A program made the translations under genes and the position numbers. Positions 13,515 to 25,144 of a stretch of 64,000 nucleotides of DNA are shown here, piece by piece (the first letter of the stretch is position 1; each line of letters starts with the position of its first letter). Origin of the DNA: Octopus vulgaris (lineage: Eukaryota); NCBI GenBank assembly GCA_951406725.2, contig OX597830.1, positions 46,562,001 to 46,626,000 of the forward strand, in the 5' to 3' direction. The notes below the pieces were generated by a model. That model saw only the letters and a list, made by a program, of their open reading frames with translations, was not told the origin of the DNA and ran no database searches.

Positions 13515-13800
13515 ACATATTAAAATAGAAGATTGAAAAAAACCTTTTTTGGCATTATTTATTCTCCATTGCACACGTTTCATTTCTTAATAGGAGTTTA
13601 CAAAGGTAATTAAAATAATACTAAATCTTCATGGAGGGGAAGCTTTAAGTATAGTTTCATCCAAGTGTAAATTTTGTATTATTTTAATGTACCTGTTTTT
13701 CTTGCAAGTACAGCTTTGTAACTCCTATTAGGAAATGAAACACGTGTAGCGGGGAATGAATACGGTCAAAATATTTTTCCAATCATCTGTTTTGATATAT
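13515..13800. repeat. Imperfect inverted repeat (MITE-like) just upstream of the promoter
   Basis: acgtttcatttcttaataggagtttacaaag pairs with ctttgtaactcctattaggaaatgaaacacgt; the pairing extends outward. Confidence 0.65.
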
Positions 13801-13899
13801 ATATATATATATATATATATGGATCTTTTCACTTTGACCCCATTCCAAAAATTGAATTGCGTTCAACATATATTTTTAGCTGCTGCTGAGAATGTCTGT

Positions 13900-14603
13900 T
13901 GAGATCAAATTATGATCATAAACGGTAACAATTCCGTAGCGCGCGTTCAGATAGAGTCACGCATATCGACAGACATTCGTGCGGAGAGCGGATGCTGGTT
14001 TATTGGTGGAAAAATATTTACCAAGGAACTCAAATATGCTCACACCGTCTACGTACCATAAACTAAATTTCGATCTCTTCTCTTTTACATTCCTCATTGT
14101 TTGAAATATTTAAAAAGAAATGAAATTTACTTATTTCTTTGTCAAATATCAATTACAAGATGATTAAGATATGTAACGAAATATCAATTTGTTATATAAA
14201 AAAACATTTTGTTGACATATTTTCTATGGAGCAATATCCGTTTCTAACAGCAGTCGAACCAAATTACGGCTCAGGCATGCTCTTAGTTTGATTTTTAAAA
14301 AATCTATTTTCTTCTTCAAGAAACAATTTCTTTCAAAACCTGCCTCACTTTATAATTATATCCTTAATTAAGAAGAAAGAATAAGAAATTACAGTATTTT
14401 ACTATAAATAAATAACATCGAATCGGTGTGTAGAAGGACATTGAATAGATTTTATTCTATCAAAGACGGTAAATCTGTTGAGGTCTTTTTTTTTTTTAAT
14501 TATTTCTCTCCTAAAAACAGAAATGAAGACCTGAGTTTTTATTAATTAATTCTGTCAGATTTATAAGCATTCGCGTGAGTGAAGAGAAACAAATAAAAGA
14601 GAT
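13900..14603 (+). promoter_or_regulatory. Probable INTS3 promoter / 5' UTR
   Basis: Repeat-poor, CpG-retaining sequence (ccgtagcgcgcgttc, cacgcatatcgac, cgtgcggagagcgg) upstream of the ATG. Possible UTR intron from donor 14469 to acceptor 14558. Confidence 0.55.
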
Positions 14604-14678
14604 ATGGAAAAAGAGAAAAATCCCGGATCCAGATTAATATTTTCGTCCGTTTTAGAACCGAAGGATGATCTCGAAGAG
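14604..14678 (+). CDS. INTS3: INTS3 coding exon 1 ([25 protein letters not shown])
   Basis: ATG at 14604; resembles vertebrate RLLLSTSLDAKDELEE; donor GTATTT. Confidence 0.9.
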
Positions 14679-14891
14679 GTATTTATATTCAATTGACCTA
14701 AAATAATAAGAATAAGAATAAGAAGAATTATTTTAAACAAACCTAAGCCACAACTCTTAAAACTGACAAATTATTTCCCTCTAAAATATTTATCAATATT
14801 CTTAATTACTTATTGACATTCTGGTCGTTGTTCTTGTTTTTTAATTAAATTTTGCATATTTTCATCCTTTTCTCCTTTTTTTCATTTCCTC

Positions 14892-14934
<43 letters not shown>

Positions 14935-17900
14935 TTTTTTTGTTTCTGAAACTATAAAGCTCTCATTCCTTAATGATTTTTCGACCGCTTTTCAATTTGT
15001 TCTCCGTAAATGTTCAAACCTTAATTGCATTCAGTGTCGACTCAACCGTTTTTTTATGGCATCGACACACAATACCAGTAATATGCTGGGGGTTGATTCA
15101 ATCGGAAATCTCTGCCTTGTTTGAATTTGTTACGCCTGGGAAAGAAAGACTAATTCTTGTCTTATTTGTTTAGAATAAAGTTTATAGCGACACAAATAGG
15201 AAATGTGTCCACCACTTGATTTCTTCTATTCTTCGAGTGGTTGGAGCCATTCCATTTGGTTTGTTATTTGACTCTTGGGAAAGGCATGAATGTTGTCTAA
15301 TATCGTTTTATTTCTCTTATAAATCAGAGGTTTTATGCAGTAAAGCAGAATAATAGATAAGTGTCGGTTAAGCCATATTCCAACTTTAGTTTTTGCTTCT
15401 GTGGTTGGAGACATTTCATATGGAGAGACTTGCAACTTGTCTCTTTTTTTCCTTCTTCCTTTTCTCATTCATTGTTTCTTATAAACCAAGATACCAGCTT
15501 GCCACGTTTCCTTTTGTATTAAATAGAAGAACGGGTCAGACTTTAAAATAGAAGGAAATTGAAATGTAACGTTCGTAAACAAAAGCGGAACTTGAAAATG
15601 TAGAGCGATAGCTGTTGAGATAGTCACGTCCAATCTTGGTGGCTGTCTCCCGTGAAAAGAGTCCTTATTATTGTTGTCTCTTGGAGGTGAAGCAAAAATT
15701 TATGCTGAGGTGAGCTTATGACCTGGTTTCAATTACCAGAGAAAAATAAAAGAAAAACATCAATGTCACAACACCATCGTTCCGCTGTTGCAAAGTCAAA
15801 CCGTTTCGATATTATTTACTTTACCTTCCAACCATCGTTCTTCAAGTCGATAACAATAGATACCCGTTATATATTTATGTACTTATGATGCAGGGTTCAA
15901 CCGACTGCCCCCTCCCTCACCAATGGTCTTCTAATGTTAGAAATCAGTGTGATGAGTTGGCAGAAGCAGTGAGTCATCCTCATCATTTAGCGTCCGTTTT
16001 CCATGCTGGCATGGGTTGGACGGCTTGACTGGGATTGCACAGGCTCCAGTCTTTTGGCTGAGTTTTTACAGCTGGATGCCCTTCTTAACATCAACCACTC
16101 CAAAGAGTGTACTGGGTGTCTTTTATGTGTCACTAGCATGGGTGCCTTCTGCGTGTCACCGGCACTGGCCACAGCTATGATTTCACTAAGTTTGATGTGT
16201 CTCCTCAAGAAGAGCAAAATCTCGGTCACTTGTCATTTGCCTCCATGAGGCTCAACATCCGAAGATCATTTATTGCTGAATTAGTTCTACCCCTGATTTA
16301 TTTTTGAAACTTGTTAGGGTCCCTTTCGTCCATCCAAGGTTGATAAAATGGGTAATAAGTCATTGCAGTACACGACAAGCCACGTTCTACAAATTTGTGG
16401 ATTATGTTAATGTAGGATAATAATATTTCTTATTCGGTGCCCTTGAAAGAGTGAAAGACCTCCATTCAGGAATGGTAATATTATCTTTACAACCACAGTG
16501 GAATCATCAAGTTGTCCCGTGTAGATAGAACTTCATGAAGACAAAACTTCAGAGTAATCCATGAGTTCCACACGTCACATATAACGTGTATGATGGTAAT
16601 CTCTTGTAGTCCAAGATAGACGGTTCTGCAATATCTTGCTGAAGCACCTGCACGAATGATTTGTTTATAGCGATCGCATGCATGCGCTGCTGTATATTAT
16701 TAGCTCAGTTTGTCCATCGACGTTGCTCGAACATGTCTGGTGTTGAAGTGATTTGCAGAACAGTATGAGCTGGAGTGTTTTACTAAAGAACACAACATAG
16801 CACCACCCAGACCAGGGATTGAAACCCCACTCATGAGTGCAACACTACATAACATGGATATATATGGCTGCAAATTGGTCAAGCTGTTAGAGCAATGGAT
16901 AAATTGCCTTGTGGTAGTCATTCTCACATCCTTTGTTCTGAGTTCAAGTTGTGCTGGGGTCAAGTTTTTCATCGTTTCAGTGTCAATAGGGTGGGGTATA
17001 TTCCCCCCTCTCCCCTCTCCCCCTGGAATTGGCTGTCATTAAATCAGTCCTTGAAAGCGAGGGGTTCTGCTGCCAGGTTTCAAGATGCCCATGACATGCC
17101 AGATGTCTGTTCCCCAGTGACTTGATCAGGAGTTGATCTCCCAATGGAAATCATATGACATACAGTCTACAGCTCATTTAGTTTATCAGATTATTTTGGT
17201 CTGCTCAAAGCCGGAGGGAGAGGTTATTCTAATCTGAGTTAGTTTAGTTGCAATACCCTAATCAGGGCTCAGTGAACAGACCTACAGTATGTAAGTTGCC
17301 AGGTGAATGTTTGAGAGCAACTCATAGGTTATCCGGATTGAATATATGTAGTGGAGGATGTGCGAGATAATATACTAGTTGTTGCATCCTAGCTTTTAGT
17401 GTATTTTAGATTTTTTACTGCAATTCTGAGAAATCAATGAATTTTTCAGTCAAGTTATATTGTGAACTTTTGGCTCTTGAGTTGCTCTTCTAACTTTCTC
17501 TTGGTTCACAATAAAATAGCACATATACCAGAGTATTGAGTTCTCTTTCTTGTATTTGTTTTACCAAACCTATATACATTGTGTGTGTGTGTGTATGTAC
17601 ACACACACATACACATATATGTGTATCATCATCATGGGTTGGACGGTTCAACTGGGGTCTGTGAAGCCGGAAGGCTTCATCAGGCCCAGTCAGATCTGGC
17701 AGTGTTTCTACGGCTGGATGCCCTTCCTAACGCCAACCACTCCGTGAGTATAGTGGGTGCTTTTTACGTGCCACCCGCACATGTGCCAGACAGAGCTGGC
17801 AAACGGCCATGAACGGATGGTGCTTTTACATGCCACCGGCACGGGGGCCAGGCGAGGCTGGCAGCGGACACGAACGGATGGTGCTTTTACGTGCCACCGG

Positions 17901-20900
17901 CACGGAGGCCAGACGGGGCGGCGCCGGCAACGACCACGATTGGATGGTTCGCTTAACCACAGCTGCAATTTCCACTGATGTTGATCAACCTCAATTTTGG
18001 TTCTGCTTTCTGATATCTGATTTGATTTGGTTTGATTTTGATTTTGACTGTTCTCACTGGTCTTGCCGGGTCTTCTCACGCACAGCATACTTCCATAGGT
18101 CTCGGTCTCTAGTCATTTCCTTGGTAAGACCTAAAGTTCGAAGGTCGTGCTTCACCACCTCGTCCCAGGTTTTCCTGGGTCTACCTCTTCCACAGGTCCC
18201 CTCAACTGCCAGGGTGTGGCACTTTTTCACACACCTATCTTCATCCATTCTCGCCACATGACCATACCAGCGCAATCGTCTCTCTTGCACACAACAACTG
18301 ATGCTTCTTAGGTCCAACTTTTCTCTCAAGGTACTTACACTCTGTCGACTATGAACACTGACATTACACATCTAACGGAGCATACTATCTTCATTTCTTG
18401 CGAACTTACGCAAATCCTCAGCAGTCACAGCCCAAGTTTCACTACCATGTAGCATGGCTGTACGTACACGTGCATCATACAGTCTGCGTTTTACTTTGAG
18501 CGAGAGGCCTTTTGTCACCAGCAGGGGTAAGAGCTCTCTAAACTTTGCCCAAGCTATTCTTACTCTAGCAGTTACACTTTCAGCACACCCGCCCCCGCTA
18601 CTGACTTGGTCACCTAGGTAGCGGAAGCTATCAACTACTTCTAGTTTTTCTCCCTGAAACGTGATAGAAGTTGGTCTCTGCATATTTTCAGAGTTTATTG
18701 CTCCTGAGCATCTGCCACAGATAAAAACTATTTTCCTAGTTAGTCTTCCTTTGACATTACTACATCTCTTATGTGTCCATAGCTTACATTTGGTGCATCT
18801 TATAGAGTTTCTACCTACGCCTTTTCTACAGATCAAGCAAGGCCATCTACCTGAAGGCGTTTGTGATTGGTCTACCTTCCTACTTATTAGGACTTTGGTT
18901 TTGGCTAGGTTGATTCTAAGGCCCTTTGATTCTAAACCTTGCTTCTACACCTGAAACTTCTCCTCCAGTTCTGATAGAGACTCAGCAATTAGAGCAAGGT
19001 CATCAGCATAGAGGAGCTCCCAGGGGCATCCTGTCTTGAATTCCTCCGTTATTGCCTGGAGGACTATGATAAATAGGAGGGGACTGAGGACTGAACCTTG
19101 GTGGACCCCAACCTCTACCCTGAATTCTTCACTGTACTCGATGCCAACCCTCACCTTACTAGCAGCGTCTCTGTACATGGCTTGTACAGCTCTCACTAAC
19201 CATTCATCTATCCCTAGTTTCCTCATTGACCACCAGATAAGGGATCGGGGGACCCTGTCGAAGGCTTTCTCCATATCGACAAAAGCCAGGTATAGGGGCT
19301 TGTCTTTGGCTAGGTATTTCTCCTGCAGCTGTCTTACCAGGAAAATAGCATCAGTAGTACTTTTCCCTGGCACGAACCCAAACTGCATCTGATCTAAGCT
19401 AACTCTCTCTCTAATTAGTTGGGCTATAACCCTCTCCATAACCTTCATTACCTGATCTAGCAGCTTGATACCCCTGTAGTTATTTGTATCTAGGGCGTCA
19501 CCTTTACCTTTGTAGCAGTTGACTATTATGCTGCTACACCAGTCATTGGGAATGACTCCTTCGTGTATCACCTGGTTAACTATACAGGTGACTAGGCTAT
19601 AGCCGACACTACCAGATATTTTGAGCATCTCTGCAGTAATTCCTGATGGGCCTGGGGTTTTCCCTGTTTTCATGCTTGTAATTGGGTTGGCAACTAAGTT
19701 CCCGCCGGTTTTTAAAATTTAAATTTTTTAAAAGGTTTAATAAAAAATAACAACTAATTAATCAATAATGTATTTTTGTTTACAACTTCTTCCCAACTTT
19801 CAACAAGATTTTCAATACCTCATTGGTAGAAATCACTTGATTTCGACTCGAAAAATTGATCCAACCAAGCTCTCAATTCTGGATCAGTATTGAACGAAAC
19901 TCCACGCATAGCACTTGATCGAAAGAGATTGAAAGAGATAGAAATCTGTTGGTGCCAAATCAGGAGAGTATGGCAGGTGTGGCAGCACTTCCCAGCCTTG
20001 CATTTGAATGGCTTCCTTAGTCATATTGGCGATATGAGGGCGGGCGTTGTCATGCAGCAGAAGAACTCCATGCTGCCGATTAGGTCTTTTCTCCTGATTA
20101 GCTGTGTTGAGTCGTTCCATCTGTTGAACATAGAGTTCCGCGTTGACCGTTTGGTTCCATTCATGCAATTTGTAATGGATAATCCTTTCCCAATCCCACC
20201 ATATGCACAACATTGTTTTACGCGGTTGAAGATCTTGTTTCATGTGCAGTGTCACTTGTTTACCGGAGATAAGCCATTCCTTAAGCTGCTTCATATTGAT
20301 GTACAGACACCATTTTACGTTGTCAGTAACGATTCGGTAAAGAAATCATTGCTTGTGTCCATGAGTTGAGCGGTGACAAACAAGCAAACCAGCAGAGATT
20401 GTGGCTTGTTGATTTTTGTTGTTGTCACTTAAAGCATGCGAAACCCATGCTCCATACTTCTGAACCTTTCCCATTAAGTGAAGATGCTTCTCTATAGCAG
20501 TGTGGGAGCATTCCATTTTCTCTGCCAGTTCCCTTGTCGTTTGACGAGAATTTTCGTGCAAAAGTTGGTTCAATTGCTCTTCATTGAACTCAACTGGACG
20601 GCCAGAATGAGGTGCGTCTTTGAGGTCAAAATTTCCCTTTTTGAACTTGATGTACCAATCATGAGCAGTTCTTTCAGCTATGGCACCCTCCCCATACACA
20701 GCACAAATGTCATGAGCAGCTTTTGCGGCCTTAGAACCTTGATTAAAAGCAAAAAGAAGGGGGTGTCGAAAATGCTCTTTTTTCTAAACTTGACATTCCA
20801 TTTTAATGATCTGAAAATAAACAAAATTTAACCAAAATTAACTAGAAAATAAACAAAATAGATTCCAAAATTTAAAAATGCAATAAATTCCAAAATTATA

Positions 20901-22348
20901 AAAAACAGCTAGAACTTATTTGTCAACCCAATATATACACATACACATATGTATGTGTACATGTATATTCATCCATGTATACATTTATATTTACACACTC
21001 ACACATATATATGATTATATATATGTGTGTGTATATGTCCACTCGTGTGTGTACGTAGTAGTGTATGGCAGCATGCACCGTAACCGAGTGTTGTTGCTTC
21101 CCCCATTTGTTTGTGACCCCTTTGTACCACTCATACGACAGCCCTCCAACCCATGGGTCTGTCTAGGGCAGTCATTGATGGTGAGGGTTTTAAGAGGTGG
21201 GAGTGCAAATCCTACCTCAACCTCTTTTAGTTTAAAACATGCAGAGGAAACGTTGGGTCTATTTTTTGACATTTCGGTCCCCACGCAGCATAAGAGCAAC
21301 AGGAAATGAAGTGGTTTGCTAAAGAGCACAACATGCTGCCTGGTCTGCGAATTGAACCCATGATCAAGCAGTTGGGAGTGTAACATCCTAATCTATTTCT
21401 TTACTACCCACAAGGGGCTAAACACAGAGGGGACAAACAAGGACAGACAAACGGATTAAGTTGATTACATCGACCCCAGTGCGTAACAGGTACTTAATTT
21501 ATCGACCCCGAAAGGATGAAAGGCAAAGTCGACCTTGGCGTAATTTGAACTCAGAATGCAGCGGCGGACGAAATACCTCAAAGCATTTCGCCCGGCGTGC
21601 TAACGATTCTGCCAGCTCGCCGCCTTAGGATTAGGAGTGTAACATCCTAATCACTAGGCCATGTGCCTTCACACACATACACACATGTATGCATACATAC
21701 ATATGAATATGCTACACACCTATACACACTCACACACACAAATATACACACATATGTATACACACACACACACTATCAAGTTTAAACTGGAGGAAAGTTC
21801 TGCTCAGTGCTTTGTTATCCGAAAGAGGTGAGAAATTAAAGCGAACCCCAGCGCCATGCTTTCTGTTCACTGGATTAATTCTTGTTTTGTATGAATTCTG
21901 TTGCAGAAGTGTGAAAGATTCTATGCAGTGTTGACCAGCATCACAAATGGACTCTCAGAAAGAGAATGCAATGATGCATTAAATGCCCATGTAAGTATTC
22001 TACAACCAGAACTCTTTGAATCAATCAGAACCCATGTTTCAATCAGTCTCTTTTCTGATAACCAATTACTATATTTTCTATATTCTATATTTGTTGTTTT
22101 TCCATGGTAGCAGGTATTTGAGGCAGGATTTTAACAGATGGATGCTCTTCCAGTTACTAACCCTTACATGTTGTTTAAGTAAGGGATTTTTTTTTATTCC
22201 AGAGGAAGTAGAAGTGTACAGCTAAGAGATGATTTATCGACAGGAAATGTTTTATCAACAAATCTTTTCCAGTCACTGATCAGAGCCCAGTTGTATACCA
22301 TGACACCACCACTGTTTATAGCCATAGCTCAGCATAGATTGTAAATGC

Positions 22349-22382
<34 letters not shown>

Positions 22383-25107
22383 GGTGGAGAGAGAGAGAGT
22401 GAGTTTCTTTTGAGAATCTTTATTTGTGATGCACATTTTGAAGTTTGTTACTGCTATGTTATGGTACTTTAAATTAAGAATATTGATGTAGCAGAATGAA
22501 AATGTGGATACAGTTCAAAGCTAGCTTAATGGTAGAAATTTCTTGTGATTGGGTATTGAACCTTTGAAGCAGCAAAGACCATTAAATTTCATTATTAGAT
22601 CTGTTCTGTCTCCAAAGCGTAGGACATGGCATTTGCTTGTGCCATCATCATCATCATCATCATCGTTTAGCGTCCGCTTTCCATGCTAGCATGGGTTGGA
22701 CGGTTCAACTGGGGTCTGGGAAGCCAAAAGGCTGCACCAGGCCCAGTCTGATCTGGCAATGTTTCTACGGCTGGATGCCCTTCCTAACGCCATGTTCTTT
22801 GTAATAATGTGTATTATTAACTCAAAGATGTAGAGTTTCATGCAGCTAAGAAATAAAGAAAAATTATGCTCTACTTTATGTTTGCGGTTCTATTTCTCCA
22901 GTTTGTAGCACCAAGTCTTTTAATAATGTGTAGCAATCCTCATCTTTGTTGCTCTTTAGACATAGAATTCATAGAATAAAACCAATGATTTTTTAATACC
23001 AGAATGCAAAGGAGACCTACTGAGTCAAGTACATCAACATCGAAATCAAATCAATTCACAATCAAATGGAAATTGTAGCTGTGGTCTTCGTGCTGGTGGC
23101 ATGTAAAAAGCTCCATCCGAACGTGGTCAATGCCAGCACTGCCTTGGCTGACTTCCGTGCCGGTGGCACGTAAAAAGTACCATCCGATTGTGGTCGATGC
23201 CAGCCCCCTCTAGACCCTGTGCTGGTGGCACATAATAAAGCACCCAGTGTACTCTCAGAGTGGTTGGCTTTAAGGAGGGCATCCAGCTGTAGAAAGACTT
23301 CCAGAGCAGACTGGAGCCTGGTGCAGCCTCCTGGCTTCCCAGACCCCAGTCAAACTGTCCAACCCATGCCAGCATGGAAAATGGACGTTAAATGATGATG
23401 ATGATGAGCAATGTTGGAAATTTTAAACTTCAGTGTTTGTATTGTTAATATAGTTTATTTTTGGGGGGCAGATAATGGTTGAATGTTGGATTTAATGCTT
23501 CACAATTGTAAGAATTATCCCCTAAGTACTCAGTTCAAACCCAGCTAGGTTCGGCTCAAATGCTAGAAATATACTATCTATCTATCTAGAGCAGGTAAAA
23601 TTCCTGAGATCCATGGACGAGTTCTCTCCAGCTGTCTTTGTCCCTCATCATCGTTGCCATGTCCTGTGCCTCCCAGAGACCAGTGTCTGTTCTTAGGGCA
23701 TCAACACATGTCATCCTCAGTCTCCCTCTTCTAGTGTGTCCGTGTAGGGGCTCCCACGGGAGCACTGAGTGCAGTATCAACTCTGAATGACGGTGAGCAT
23801 GTCCAGCTAACCTCAGTATCCTTTGTGTTATTTTCAAGCTAACTTTTGGGAGGCTTCCACATGGCTCTGAGTTCTTCATCCTCAATGTACACTGATTAAT
23901 GCTCAGAGCCATCCTCAGCATTCTCTTGTAGCACCAATCCACCATCTGAGTGAGTTTTTTGGTCAGTGTCCAAGTCTCACACCTGTACAACAGCACAGAC
24001 TCCACTGCAGACTGTGTCTACTTAACTTTATGGATCTTCCTCGACACATTTTCTACTTATCGAAAGATATAAGGAAGTGTGGTCTGCAAAAGGTTAGAGA
24101 TTAATGCATGGAATCCATAAGTGATCCATTCATTTAAATGGATTCATATTTATAATCTTTGAAGTTTTATTTTTAATTTATTTCTTGTATGTTTTTTTTT
24201 TTCATCCAGGTGGGGAAAGGCCCAAACCAACATGAAGAGATCCAGCTGGGCCAGTTATATGCCATACTTGTTGAACCTAAAATGGCAGCTAAGGTAAAGA
24301 GTTTTTGCTTTAAAAATAATTTGCTTGGTGATTTCTGATTCAACTGTTTCCTGTCCTGCAGGTACTTTATTGTTCTTGGTTTAGCATCCAGCACGAACCC
24401 GGTTGAGCAATGGTGAAGGCACACAGCTATGGCTGTCCCTTCTGTTCTTCAGACATGGTGTATTTGTGGTTTCATTATTGTAATATGTGAAGGTGCATGG
24501 CTTAGTGGTTAGGGGCATTCGGCTCATGATCGAAAGGTTGTGAGTTCAATTCCCAGCAGCACATTGTGTCCTTCAGCAAGACACTTTATTTCATGTTGCT
24601 CCAGTCCACCTAGCTGGCAAAAATGAGTTGTACCAGTAATTCAATGGGCCAGCCTTGTTACATCTTGCATCATGTGTTAAGGGTTTATGTGTCTGTGGAG
24701 TACTCAGTCATGTGCACGTTAATTTCATGGTGTCGATTTCTTTGACTAACACCCTTTAAGGCGGTGCTCCAGCATGACCACAGTCAGATAACTGAAATAA
24801 AGTAAAAAGAATAAAAGAACATATATATGTACATATGTATATATATATACTTTATTTAAAGCAGCAGAAAATTCAACAAAATCTGTTACTCTGAGTTTCT
24901 CGTTGCCGTTCATCAGACAGTTTTTGCTAGAATGGAACCGATATATCTGTTCCATTCTAGCAAAAACTGTCTGATGAACGTAACGAGAAACTCAGAGTAA
25001 CAGATTTTGTTGAATTTTCTGCTGCTTTAAATAAAGCATATTACTCTACCCCTGGTATTTGAGTACTCTTTTTTCCACCTTGTTTCACATTTATGTGTTT
25101 ACTCCGG

Positions 25108-25144
<37 letters not shown>

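Noticed and set aside
17660-17715. CTGATGA/GAAA on the minus strand of the RTE tail as a hammerhead
   Set aside because: Stem III and the cleavage triplet cannot be formed.
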